Assembly (NCBI RefSeq): GCF_963921235.1
Contig: NC_086108.1
Coordinates: 51,338,001-51,402,000, forward strand
Length of the DNA: 64,000 nucleotides
Source of the DNA: Mobula hypostoma
Taxonomy: Eukaryota
Direction of reading: 5' to 3'
A program made the translations under genes and the position numbers. Each line of letters opens with the position of its first letter. The first letter of the stretch is position 1. Positions 25,641 to 39,349 of the stretch are shown here, piece by piece. The notes below the pieces were generated by a model. The model made no database searches and was not told the origin of the DNA. It saw only the letters and a program-made list of their open reading frames with translations.

Positions 25641-27499
25641 ATGTTGATCTGGGGATGGGGAATTATAATGGCTAGAAGTGGGAAATGGAGACTGTGGGTC
25701 AATGTGCCTGTTCCATCTTTGTTTGTTTGTTTGTGCAGGAGGAGGGATTTGGGGGTCGATGAAACTGCTCCATTTTTCTTTGATTTTTTGTGTGGGGAGG
25801 GGGAATTTTTGGGGGTTGATAATTGTGCTGCCTTTCTTTTCTTTCTTGTTTTCATGGCTACCCAGAGAAGAAGAATTTCAGAGTTGTATACTTTGATAAT
25901 AAATGAACCATGGAACATTATTCAACATTCTTCAACACTTCCAGATGGAGAGTAGAAAGACATTTACAATGCCTTATCATTTGTTGGAACTACTTCCTCT
26001 ATATGCTTTTCATAAATCAAAAATATATCTGGTCTCTATACTGGCCTTTAGAACATGTGTCCTTACAAGTTCCAAACTGTTCACAGTAACTTTGATTAGA
26101 ATGAAGGGCACGAATAAGAACAAGCTCCAGTTTTAACTTATTAATGAAAGCTAGCATTTCAGAAATACCGCAATTCATATCACTGTTTCCTGATTACGAA
26201 CAAAGTGCAAAAGGTAGGAATATTAGTGAGACGCAGGCATCGCAAACATAATTACAGTGATCATGCACCACAAAATATGGCTGTAACTGCAAAAAAATAA
26301 AGCTTATGATTTTCAGGAGAATGGACCCAGCCAATTAGTTAGAGGAAACGTCTGCTCATTCAGAATTTCAGACAAGTAGTCTGAGTCATTAATCATTTAT
26401 AAATTAAGAGAAGCCATTTTCACATTGAGCTTGGTGTTAGTGTATGCTTTTAAAAAGTGGGGAGCAGTCTGTAGTTGTGAGGTAAGGAGGGACAAAGAGA
26501 AGTTGTTGGGCAACACAAGGGACTCCACTGTAGCCAGCTTCCTGGCCACAACTAATAAGTAGTAGCAGAACAAGGTGAATGTCATTACATCGAAGTGGAC
26601 GAAAAAAGAAGTTGTATCTGACTGCAAAATGAAGTGGCAGAAATAGCTGCTGAAAGAATAAAGAAAAATGTTCTATGTTCTATGTTCTATGAACAATGAA
26701 GACATACCCAGGTCAATATATAAAAAAAACTGAAGAGCCAATAAGATTTAAAGTTCAATGGACCGACATGAAGCCAATGCTCAAAAAAATTTAATGGGTA
26801 AATCCAGATAAACCAGGCATATTTGATTTTAAGCAGGACACCCTTTTCCTTGCATTAGACCTCCAGTTCAATGCAACAGATTCACATGGCAATAATGAGA
26901 AGGGCATGAGTCCATGAGGAGCAAGCCTTGGGGCCATATGAACCTTTCACTTGGTTTCTATTGGGTGGGTGAAGTTAAAATCTTAATGTAACATATCTGG
27001 GTGCATAGGCCATATTCTAAAGAAGCTTGGGACATGGGCCTAACTTCTCCAGCTTTACTGCTGATGTAAAGCTACGTTGGTCTTTTTAAGATGCAAAGGA
27101 ATGGATTCACAATTCAGTCTCTATTGGTTTAAAATTAATATAGTCCATTGGGAAATGTATAAGTTGAATCAGGAAGTTCAATGTTCACTTGTTTGGTAAT
27201 GAAACCAGATTTTGATTTGATCTCTTCCCCTGGTATTACTAATGACGATAAGTAAACTGATGAGTAATGTTTTGTCACTTCTGAGTAATATTTTCATCCT
27301 CCTGGGGAACAGTGATTAATTGTCAAGATTATGCAAGTATTTTACAACAAACTTATCATTTTCAGTATCACCATTTTCCCATAAGAGATCATATTGTTAC
27401 CATGTAAAGTGCAGATCTGCCATCTAATTATTGAAAGGAAATATTTAATTTTGGCGGGGCAATGAATCAAGAAACAACTTGAACTTTTTGAACAGTGGC

Positions 27500-28260
27500 A
27501 TATACTAAATGGAAATTTAGGGAATTAGGTCGCATCAAAATTGTGCTCAGTCCTGGTCATCACAGTACAGGAAAGAATGTGTAGATTTGTAAAAATGCTA
27601 GCACAACTGTACCTGTGGGGATAGGAACATAGAAATGTAGAAAACATAAAGCACAATACAGGCCCTTCGGCCCACAAAGCTGTGCCAAACATGTCCCTAT
27701 CTTCTACCTTCTACTACATCTATGGCTCTACCTTCATCAATGTGCTTAGTCACATCCTCAAAAAATTCAGTCAGGCTCGTAAGGCAGTACCTGCCTTTGA
27801 CAAAGCCATGCTGACTATTCCTAATCATATTATGTCTCTCCAAATGTTCATAAATCCTGCCCCTCAGGTTCTTCTCCATCAACTTACTAACCACTGAAGT
27901 AAGACTCACTGACCTGTAATTTCCTGGGATATCTCTACTCCCTTTCTTGAATAAGGGAATAACATTGGACAACATTAGATTGGATAAACTAGAGTTGTGT
28001 TTTTTGGAACAGAGGAGGCACAGGGGAAACTTAACTGAGGTACATAAAATTATGAATGGCAGAAATACAGTACAATAGATATGAAGGACCTATTTCCTTT
28101 AGATGAGGGTTAAAGGCCAGGGTGAATAAATTTGAAAAAAAAAACTTCAGGAGGGTTAGAGGGGAGAGTGAACAAAATTATTCACTCGGTGAGTTGTAGG
28201 GGTTTAGAGCTCATTACCTTGAAGGGTGATGGAGGCAGACATCCTCATTATGTTTAAATT
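27500..28260. mobile_element. Old plus-strand CR1 3' fragment interrupted by an internally deleted minus-strand CR1 piece (about 27625-27975)
   Basis: ORF 27697-27975 has PGNYRSVSLTSVV..NSQHGFVKG directly adjoining a CR1 tail; the flanks read as decayed CR1 C-terminus. Confidence 0.7.
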
Positions 28261-28812
28261 CATTTTTTCTATAATCATAGTACTTCTGTTACGGTAGGAT
28301 TATGTTGGAATGAAGCATTTGTGTTATGTTTGGGGAGTTTCCCATGCAAGTGTTCCACATCTATTGTTTGAATTGTTACTTCGTCAGAAGGATTCTGATT
28401 TAGCAGAACGAGACACATAACAAATGTATGGATGATATTACTTTAAATGTACCGAACAACATCTGAGAAATGACTGAGGCATACTCCTATAGTTCGTAAT
28501 TGTGAAAATATTTCCTTCATGATAATCCACAGGGACTAAAAAGCTTCAGGCATTTCCTATAAGTTAGAGTCAAAGTATTGGTGGTTGTGCAATTTTTGCT
28601 TTGTTTTGCTGTAAGTCATGAAGGTAGGTGGTAAAACTGCAGATGAAATGGGCATAAATGTGCAGATTTCAGTGAAAGGTGGAGACTTAACCTTTCTCAT
28701 CCTATATCAATCCTTTCACAAACACCAAATACATCTGGTAACTGCTGATTCTTCCAGTTGGGCTTGTTGTCACCAATGTTCAAACTGCTTTTAAAGTATA
28801 GGCTATCCTTAC

Positions 28813-30382
28813 AGTATTTGTTTCAAACATTACCAATACAATTGCCACAGAAATTTTTTCAAGAGTTAAATAAATGTGTGAGAAAATTTCTTTGGAAAGG
28901 TAAAATGTCAAGAATATCATTGGAAAAACTGACATGTAAATTTGGGTTAGGAGGGTTACAACTTCCAAATTTTAAAAACTATTATAAAGCAAATCAACTT
29001 AGATTTATTGCATCTTTTTTCGATGATCAAAAACCAGCATGGATTAAAATAGAACTAGACAAGATAGGAGAAAATAAACCTGAAGATTTTATATATAAAT
29101 GGGAATCTAAATGGATACGGGAAAAGAAAGAATCTCCTATATTAACACATTTGATTGATCTATGGAATAAGATAAATCTTGATAAGGAAACACAGAAATC
29201 TCTATTAGCAAGGAGACCTTTGTTCCAAAACAGACTTATTCCTTTTACAATGGACAATCAACTTTTACATAATTGGTACCAAAAAGGGATTAAATTTATA
29301 GGAGATTGTTTTGAGCGAGGTATATTGATGTCATTTGAACAATTAAAGGATAAATATAAAATATCTAATAATACTTTCTTTTGTTACTTTCAATTAAGGG
29401 CTTACTTAATAGGTAAGCTGGGTCAAACAATGTTTTTGCCAAAGCCTGATGAAATTGAAATTTTAATTCAAAAAGGGAAAATTAAAAAAATTATTTCTTG
29501 TATGTATAATTTGATTCAAGAACAGACAATTAAACAAGGAACCCATAAGTCAAAGGAAAAATGGGAAACAGATCTGAATATTAATATTGATGAAACAAAT
29601 TGGTCAAGACTTTGTCTTGACAGTATGACAAATACAATAAATGTTCGACTTAGATTAGTACAATATAATTTTTTACACCAATTATATATTACACCACAAA
29701 AAATAAATAGACTAAATTCAAATCTATCTGATAAATGTTTTCGGTGTAATCAAGAAATTGGTACTTTTTTACATTCTACTTGGTCTTGTTTTAAAATTCA
29801 ACCCTTGTGGATAAATTTAAGCGTCTTATTGGAACAAATTACTGGAATTCAACTTCCACATAACCCTGTATTATTTCTATTAGGTGATATTGAAGGGATA
29901 AAACCGAAACTTAAATTGAATAAATATCAGAAAGAATTTATAAAAATGGCATTGGCAGTAGCTAAGAAGACTATAGCAGTTACTTGGAAATCTGATTCGT
30001 ATTTAAGTATGGATCGTTGGAATAATGAAATGGCTAGTTCTATTCCACTTGAAAAAATTACTTATAATTTAAGAGATAAATATGTAACATTTTTGAATAT
30101 TTGGCGCCCTTATTTACAAAAGATAGGATGGCATATTTAAGTGCTTTGATAAAGATTTTGGTTACTTGGGGAAAGTAACGAATAATTATACCAAATTTAT
30201 TTTGAATCCCATGGAGCATGTGGAAACCTTCCAATACCCAGGCGGCTCCTTTTTTTTTCTCTTTCTTTCTTTTTAGGTAGGACTATATATGGGGGCGGGG
30301 AGGGTTAAGGGGAGGCGGGGTGGGTAGATTTTATCTTTTCATGTATTCTTTTTGAAAATTTAATAAAAATTATATTTAAAAA
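28813..30382 (+). mobile_element. Young 5'-truncated L1-clade LINE, uninterrupted ORF2 C-terminal part, 20-bp TSD
   Basis: Open frame to 30140 with LQYLFQTLP, FLWKGK, GGLQLPNF, CFRC..EIGTFLHSTWSC; AATAAA plus A-tail; TSD AAAGTATAGGCTATCCTTAC at 28793-28812 and 30383-30402. Confidence 0.95.
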
Positions 30383-33300
30383 AAAGTATAGGCTATCCTT
30401 ACCACTTTCCCTTACACCCAGTCCAGTAATCATTGCTTTAATTACCTGTAAGCAATTTTGATTTTAATAGCTGGGTGCAATGATGCTTTAGTAAAGTCCT
30501 ATTAATAGACACATGGATAGAAATTCTAGTAGCACATTTACATGACATTAAAACAGCCCTGTAGGTCTCCAAAATACTGCCTGTGAACATTGCATAAAAA
30601 TCTGATTCTTCAATCGCATGGTTTGCAGAACAGTATTGTGGGCTTCCCTGTAAAATGCTGCATCAAAACTAGTTTCAGTAAAGATTTTTGCTATGGTATT
30701 TAGCGCAGTGGGTATAAACTCAAGTCCTCCAAGAGGGTGATCATGTCTCGCAGCACCATAAGGAAATTAGTCAAGATACAGTTGTGTTGAGTTTGCGTGA
30801 TGTCAAGCATTTCAGTGACGGCAAAGAATGCGATTAGAACGTTAGCCCTCACTGAGGGTATGCAGCTAGAAAACTTGACGTGTGTGAATAGCAACTGTGA
30901 TTCTTACTCCACTCAGAGATGTGCACAAAATTGCTGAACGTCATGTTCAGGCAACTCTCAACTACACAGTCCTTTTTCTAATGTTATGCAAACAGATTCT
31001 GAAGCCATAGTTTACTGCTTGACTTATGATTAAATCTTCTCAAACAGTGGCCGTATCATGAATATTAGAATCTTTTTGAAAATGTGTCTGATGGCGTGAC
31101 ATTCAAATTTTAGGTTTTAGATATCACACATTGGTCAAAAATACAGCATTTTTTTCACCTGAAAATGCCCTGCCGAGGTAATTGAAATATACAATTTAGT
31201 TTCTGTTTCTTCAAGCCCATCCTGTAAAATGGAAACCTATTTACATTTACACAAGAATGCACACAGAAAGCAGGAGCCATTTTGACATAAAGTAATTTCA
31301 TAGCAATTATGAAATTTGTGGATTCTTCCTGATTTGGGGGTTCAAAATGCACATTGTGCCACCAGAATCAATACAGATATAGTTGTATGGAACTTTGGCT
31401 AACATGTTAATAAAAGATTTATTGGAGGTAATGTTGACTACACAAGAAGTGCATTAAATCTGCAACTGGCAGCCACTTGTGCTAGTTTTCATACAAAATA
31501 GTCAATGGAGGTAATTATCCAAATGTTTTAAAAATCTTTACAGCATCCCACCTTCTATAATCACAGACCAGTTTGCAAATGAATTCTTGTGCCAACAATC
31601 GATAGTTAATTACAACATTATTTTCCTCCCAGCTGGTATATGAAAGATTGAGAGTTAAATGTTACTTCGACTGATTTCCTTTGGGAGAAGTACTGAATCA
31701 CATGAATGCTGCGTGAGATTTGTGTTTGTGGTGACATTAAGGCCACAACATGAAGAATAAACAATAGTTAAATCATAGATCAAAAATCCATGCCCTGAAG
31801 CTTTTATTTCAACCTATCTTAGTGGGCAATGTAGACAAAAAAATTCTGTGGGAAACTTTCCTTCTCTGCTGGAATTCATAATACTTCAAGATGGTAAAAA
31901 TAATGAAGCATGATGTCTCATTCACATAGTCTGAATTCTGATTCATTACCCACAAAAGCAACATTTTACACTGTTATTAGGAGTTTCCAGATGAATCATG
32001 ATCTTTGGCAATGTTGGTTCCAGCTATAAAATGGAAGGTTCCAGTGTTTGTGGATGAGTAGTGGATGTACTGCGAAGATTAATCTGGAGAACAAATGAAC
32101 CAAAAGAAAAGTTCAATGGCAGGTATTTCCTGCCCTTTGATCTATGCATTCAAAAATCAATTTTCTCAGCAGGAAAGAATATACAGCAAGGATTTAGGGC
32201 AAAAGCCAATTGTTTGTTTTCCTATTTTTGTGCCAGTTTAACTGGAGGGATAAAAAGTTTCTCTTCCACAGTTTGCAGCAAAATGAGCCTTTACTATTTA
32301 AACCATAGAATTTGTGGTACAGTTCCCAATGTTGCTAAATTTTTCGTTAGCTGTTATCATCTCAACAAAAGCGAACACTTTACTGGCATTAAAAATACTG
32401 AAATGTTGACATGATTTGTGGCTTTAGTTAATTAAGTGCAAATATGTAGACATGAAAGTTATTGTCATTCAATGAACTCACTGAGTAATTTAAAGACTTT
32501 AGAACTCCAAGAGTTGTTACAGGAAAATAGAAAGAATTCAGAAATTGACATATTTTATGCCGGTTTTAATTTTATATATCTTTTGCTTATGCGCCAGATG
32601 GAGATGAGGAGAGTTATGATACCAGCATCGTGAGCTTTTGTTAAAGCTAATCCCTTTGGAGTTTCAATTCTTTTTACTTTATCACACTTGTGTTCAAATC
32701 GTCTCATGGCCCGATCAACCCCCACCCACCAATCAGTAACCTTCTCCTTTTCCACAACCTCTTTCTTTTCCACATCCTGTCTTTGCATATTTCTGATTTT
32801 TTTTTCACTGTAGCATTGATGGCTGTACCTCCAGCAGCCTCATCCTAATCTCTGGAAATCCTTTCCATAAACTCCCTGCTCTCTACCTTTTTTACTTCCT
32901 TTGACTGTGTTGTGATATTTCAAATTTATGGCCATTGTGCAGCAAGGGCTCGTTGGGTTGGAAGGATCTGTTTTTGTGCTGCATCTCTAAATAATAAACT
33001 TCTGTCTAAATCTCTACAGTAAGGTTTCCTTGTTCACCAGAATACTGAAGCTGAAACAGACAGTTCATGGCACTGGTGTCTTTTTTGACCTCAGGATGAG
33101 CTTCACAGCACATATTGGCTTTCTCATTAATTCACCTATTTCTATTTTGTGACACTTTCAGGTAGTGGCCCATAAAAGTGATGACTAAAAGGTTGTTTGT
33201 AAGGGCTGACATTGAAGCATTAGAATCCATAATGTGGCCAATCTCTATGACTCGGGATCCATTTTGTGGCTTTGAATTGCCTCACTAGTGTTCATACACA

Positions 33301-33476
33301 CATTATATGGCAATCTGTTATCCTATACGAGGCAGGTTTCACTAATGGCATGTGGCATGTCCCTATACTTCTTTCAATATGCAGATGGCTTTCAGGAGGC
33401 TATAGCAATGCTTTTATTCTGCACCAGTCCATGCTCTCTAACATCTTCAGATCTTCAAATATGCCTGATGGGGTCT

Positions 33477-33840
33477 GGAACATAGAACATAGAAATTTAC
33501 AGTACATTATAGGCTCTTTGGCCCATAATAATGTGCCGACCATGAAACCTACTCCAGAGACTACTGAGAATTTCCCTAGCACATAGCCCTCTATTTTTCT
33601 AAGCTCCATGTACCTACCTAAGAGGCTCTTAAAAGACCCTATTTATCTGCTTCCAGCAACGCTGCTAGCAATGCATTCCACACACCCACCACTCTGTGTG
33701 AAAAACTTACTTCTGACATCCCCTCAGTACCTATTTCCAAGCACCTTAAAACGCTGCCCCCTCGTGTTAGCCATTTCAGGCCTGGGATAAAGCCTCTGGC
33801 TATCCACACGATCAATGCCCCTCATCATCTTATACACCTA
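33477..33840 (-). mobile_element. CR1 3' end
   Basis: gaacatagaacatagaa tail followed by reverse-complement CR1 C-terminus; similar to 38700-39030. Confidence 0.85.
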
Positions 33841-34284
33841 TAAGAAAACAATTTCTGCTTCATAAATATTGATGACCACCAGTCACATCACTCGCGTAGA
33901 AACACAATTAATGTTTCTACACTGACAGCCAAATCATTACCAGAGTAGTTTACTGAGTTGCCCGTAACATGATAATCACACAACATTCCCTTATTCTGAA
34001 AAAGGATCAGCGCTTTCCCAGCATATATGACAAATAAACTTTTCTGGACCTGTACTGGGCTAGAAGCCTGAGAAGAGTTTATTCGTTCTCTCATTCTCAT
34101 CACACAGTTGCTAGAATTTGAAAGTCCAATCATCTATCCTCAACATTGAATGGGATTAACATGATTAACATAAGGAGCATCATGAACAAAGCGGATGAGT
34201 TTAGAGTGTGGATCAGTACTTGGAGCTATAATGTTATGGCCATTACAGAGACTTGGATAGCTCAGGGGCAGGAATGGCTACTTA

Positions 34285-34805
34285 AGGCTGATTTATACTT
34301 GTGCATCAACTCGACGCCGTAGGTACTCAACGGCGTTGCTGTGAACCCTATGCAGAGCCTACACGGATCCCTACACCATTGTCCCGACGTGCACCTCTCC
34401 CAAAATGTAACTACGCGTCACAGCAACGCAGACTGCAACAACTGTGATTGGTCCGCTTGGTAGCATCGCATTTCCTCCTACGCTGCAATAGCTTCCCATT
34501 GACTGACCGAAGGGCAGGGAAGGAACTCTGGCTGCAATGCTTTCCATAAAGCTTTACAGACCTCCGAAATTATGGAGGACACATTTCGTTTTTACGAAAA
34601 AAGACGCTCGCTTTAAACTTGTTTACCCCGAGAAAGACTACCATGACCATGAAGCCTTGCACGGGCAGGTGTGTGTGCATGCGCAACGTGCCCGAATTGC
34701 AGAGCGACGCAGGCACACCAACGCACAAGTATAAATGCTCACAACGCACGTAGGCCACTTGCGTAGGTTACAGCGTCTATTTGACACACAAGTATAAATC
34801 AGCCT
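34285..34805. mobile_element. PIF/Harbinger-type MITE, 521 bp
   Basis: TIR AGGCTGATTTATACTTGTG / CACAAGTATAAATCAGCCT; TTA TSD at 34282-34284 and 34806-34808; removal restores CR1 gaatggctactta-gagtgccagg. Confidence 0.92.
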
Positions 34806-37160
34806 TTAGAGTGCCAGGCCTTAGATGTTTCAGAAAGGACAGAGAGGGAGACAAAAGAGGTGGGGGTGTGGCACTGTTGACTAGAGATAGTATCACGGCT
34901 GCAGAAAAAGAGGAAGTCATAGAGGGATTGTCTACTGAGTCTCTGTGGCTGGAAATTAGAAACAGGAAGGGGTCAATAACTCTGCTGGGTGTTTTTTACA
35001 GACCACCCAATAGTAACAGGGACATCAAGGAGAAGATGGGGAGACAGATTCTGGAATGGTGCAATAATAACAGGGTTATCATGATGAGAGATTTCAACTT
35101 TCCCAATATTGATTGCCATCTCCCTAGAGCAAGGGGTTTAGATGGGGAGGAATTTGTTAGGTGTGTTCAGGAAGGATTCCTGACACAATATGTGGATAAG
35201 CCCACAAGAGGAGAGGCTGTACTTGATCAGGTATTGGGAAATGAACCTGGACAGGTGTCAGGTCTCTCAGTTGGAGAGCATTTTGGAGACAGTGATCATA
35301 ATTCTCTCTTTTAACATAGCATTGGAGAGGTATAGGAACAGACAAGTTAGGAAAGCGTTTAATTGGAGTAAGGGGAAATATGAGGCTATCAGGCAGGAAC
35401 TTGGAAGCATAATTTGGGAGCAGATGTTCTCAGAGAAATGTATGGCGGAAATGTGCCAATGTTCAGGGGATATTTGCATAGCATTCTGCATAGGTACGCT
35501 GTAATGAGACAGGAAAAGTATGGTAGGGTACAGGTACAGGAAAGGATGGTGTACAAAGGCTGATGAAAATCTAGTCAAAAAGAAAAGAAAGGCTTATGAA
35601 AGGTTCAAAAATCTAGGTAATGATGGATAATTTTCCAGGTAATCTAGAAAATTATAAGGCTAGCAGGAAGGAGCTTAAGAATGAAATTAGGAGAGCCAGA
35701 TGAGGCCATGAGAAGGCCTTGGCGAGCAGGATTAAGGAAAACTCCAAAGCATTCTACAAGTATGTGAAGAGCAAGAGGATAAGACGTTAGCGAATAGGAC
35801 CAATCAAGTGTGAGAGTGAGAAAGTGTGTATGGAACCAGAGGAGGTAGCGGATGTACTTAATGAATACTATGCTTCAGTATTCACTACGGAAAAGGACCT
35901 TAGTGATTGTACGGATGACTTACAGCAGACTGAAAAGCTTGAGCATATAGACATTAAGAAAGAGGATGTGCTGGAGGTTTTGGGAAGGATCAAGATGGAT
36001 AAGTCACCAGGACCAGATGAGATATACCCCAGGCTACTGTGGGAAGCAAGGGAGGATGTTGCTGAGCCTCTGGTAATGATCTTTGCATCATCAATGGGGA
36101 CGGGAGAGGTTCCGGAGGATTGGAGGGTTGCGGATGTTGTTCCATTATTCAAGAAAGGGAGTAGAGATAGCCCAGGAAATTATAGACCAGTGAGTCTTAC
36201 TTCAGTGATTGGTAAATTGATGGAGAAGATCCAGAGAGGAAGGACTTATGAACATTTGAAGAGGCATAATATGATTAGGATAGTCAGCATGGCTTTGTCA
36301 AAGGCAGGTCGTGCTTTACAAGCCTGACTGAATTGTTTGAGGTTGTGACTAAACACATTGATGAGGGTAGAGCCGTAGATGTAGTGTATATGGATTTCAG
36401 CAAGGTATTTGATAAGGTACCCCATGCAAAGCTTATTGAGAAAGTAAGGAGGCATGGGATCCAAGGGAACATTGCTTTCTGAATCCAGAATTGGCTTGCT
36501 CACAGAAGACAAAGAGTGGTTGTAGACGAGTCATATTCTGCATGGAGGTCGGTGACCAGTGGTGTGCCTCAGGGATCTGTTCCGGGACCCCTTCTCTTAG
36601 TGATTTTTATAAATGACCTGGACGAGGAAGTAGAGGGATGGGTTAGTAAATTTGCTGTTGACACAAAGGTTGGGGGTGTAGTGGATAGTGTGGAGGGCTG
36701 TCAGAAGTTACAGCGGGACATTGATAGGATGCAAAACTGGGCTGAGAAGTGGCAGATGGAGTTCAACACAGATAAGTGTGAGGTGGTTCATTTTGGTAGG
36801 TCAAATATGATGGCAGAATATAGTATTAATGGTAATACTCTTGGCAGTGTGGAGGATCAGAGGGATCTTAGGGTCCGAATCCATAGGACACTCAAAGCAG
36901 CTGCGCAGGTTGACTCTGTGGTTAAGAAGGCATATGGTGCATTGACTGTCATCAATCGTGGAATTGAGTTTAGGAGCCGAGAGGTAATGTTGCAGCTATG
37001 TAGGACCCTGGTCAGACCCCACTTGGAGTACTGTGCTCAGTTCTGGTCGTCTCACTACAGGAAGGATGTGAAACCATAGAAAGGGGGTAGAATAGATTTA
37101 TGAGGATGTTGCCTGGAGTGGGGGGCATGCCTTATGAGAATAGGTTGAGTGAACTCGACC

Positions 37161-38683
37161 TAGTGTTGAAATTGCGGGGTCCCTGGCAGAAATATTTAAA
37201 ATGTCGCTGTCTACGGGTGAGGTGCCGGAGGATTGGAGAGTGGCTCATGTTGTTCCGTTGTTTAAAAAAGGATCGAAAAGTAATCCGGGAAATTATAGGC
37301 CAGTGAGTTTAACGTCGGTAGTAGGTAAGTTATTGGAGGGAGTACTAAAAGACAGAATCTACAAGCATTTGGATAGACAGGAACTTATTAGGGAGAGTCA
37401 ACATGGCTTTGTGTGTGGTAGGTCATGTTTGACCAATCTATTGGAGTTTTTCGAGGAGGTTACCAGGAAAGTGGATGAAGTGAAGGCAGTGGGTATTGTC
37501 TACATGGATTTCAGTAAGACCTTTGACAAGGTCCCGCCTGGGAGGTTAGTTAGGAAAATTCAGTCGCTAGGTATACATGGAGAGGTGGTAAATTGGATTA
37601 GTCATTGGCTCAATGGAAGAAGCCAAAGAGTGGTGGTAGAGAATTGCTTCTCTGAGTGGAGGCCTGTGACTAGTGGTGTGCCACAGGGATCAGTGCTGGG
37701 TCCATTGTTATTTGTCATCTATATCAATGATCTGGGTGATGATGTGGTAAATTGGATCAGCAAATTTGCTGATGATACAAAGGTTGGAGGTGTAGTAGAC
37801 AGTGAGGAAGGTTTTCAGAGCCTGCAAAGGGACTTGCACCAGCTGGAAAAATGGGCTGAAAAATAGCAAATGGAGCTTAATACAGACAAGTGTGAGGTAT
37901 TGCATGTTGGAAGGACAAACCAAGGTAGAACATACAGGGTTAATGGTAAGGCACTGAGGAGTGCAGTAGAACAGAGGGATCTGGGAATACAGATACAAAA
38001 TTCCCTAAAAGTGGCGTCACAAGTAGATAGGGTCGTAAAGAGTCCTTTTGGTACATTGGTCTTTATTAATCAAAGTATTAAGTGTAAGAGCTGGAATGTT
38101 ATGATGAGGCTGTATAAGGCATTGGTGAGGCCGAATCTGGAGTATTGTGTTCAGTTTTGGTCACCAAATTACAGGAAGGATATAAACAAGGTTGAAAGAG
38201 TGCAGAGAAGGTTTACAAGGATGTTGCCAGGACTTGAGAAACTCAGTTACAGAGAAAGGTTGAACAGGTTAGGACTTTATTCCCTGGAGCGTAGAAGAAT
38301 GAGGGGTGACTTGACAGAGGTATATAAAATTATGATGGGTATAGATAGAGTGAATGCAAGCAGGCTTTTTCCACTGAGGCAAGGGGAGAAAAAAACCAGA
38401 GGACATGGGTTAAGTGTGAGGGGGGAAAAGTTTAAAGGGAACATTAGGGGGGGCTTCTTCACACAGAGAGTGGTGGGAGTATGGAATGAGCTGCCAGATG
38501 AGGTGGTAAATGCGGGTTCTTTTTTAACATTTAAGAATAAATTGGACAGATACATGGGTGGGAGGTGTATGGAGGGATATAGTCCGTGTGCAAGTCAGTG
38601 GGACTAGGCAGAAAATGGTTCAGCACAGCCAAGAAGGGCCAAAAGGCCTGTTTCTGGGCTGTAGTTTCTATGGTTTCTATGGT
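37161..38683 (+). mobile_element. Young 5'-truncated CR1 nested in CR1
   Basis: ORFs 37201-37866 and 37870-38607 are in one frame separated by a single TAG; KFADDTK; (TTTCTATGG)n tail. Confidence 0.93.
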
Positions 38684-39349
38684 TTTCTCCTTGGAGCAAC
38701 GGAGGATGAGAGGTGTACAAGATAATGAGAGGCATTGATCGTGTGGATAGTCAGAGGCTTTTTCCCAGGGCTGAAATAGCTAGCACAAGAGGGCACAGGT
38801 TTAAGGTGCTTGGGAGTAGGTACAGAGGAGATGTCAGGGGTAAGTTTTTTACGTAGAAAGTGGTGAGTGAATGGAATGGGCTCCCGGCGACGGTGGTGGA
38901 GGTGGAAACGATAGGGTCTTTTAAGAGACTCCTGGATAGGTACATGGAGCTTAGAAAAATAAAGGGCTATAGGTAACCCTAGTTAATTTCTAAAGTAAGT
39001 ACATGTTCGGTACAGCATTATGGGCCGAAGGTTTTCTGTTTCCTATCCTTCACAATCATACTGAGAATTACAAATACACAGAATCTTAACTCTATCAGCT
39101 ACATAAATATAATTTATACCATGAACAGGTCTCTGGATCTATTCCAAGCAGCATTTCCCACAGTTTTCAGCTTCATTAAATCGTACTGCATGTAGAGTTC
39201 TACCACTGGGCTGATACAGGATGCCTCTCCAGTCTTATTCATTTTGATGCTCTTTGTTATAACTTTTATTCTCTTAAATTCTGGATTTTTAAGACTGAGC
39301 AAAACAAAATGGTGCCAGATATACATGGGCCTTTTTTTGGAGAAGCCAA

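Larger units (their letters stand above)
34165..39030 (+). mobile_element. CR1 LINE ORF2 (host element) carrying a Harbinger MITE and a second CR1
   Basis: Endonuclease (AITETW, GVFYRPPNS, SDHN) and RT (KSPGPDE, SGVPQGSV) motifs with frameshifts; sequence gaactcgacc|ttttctccttggag rejoins across 37161-38683. Confidence 0.92.
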
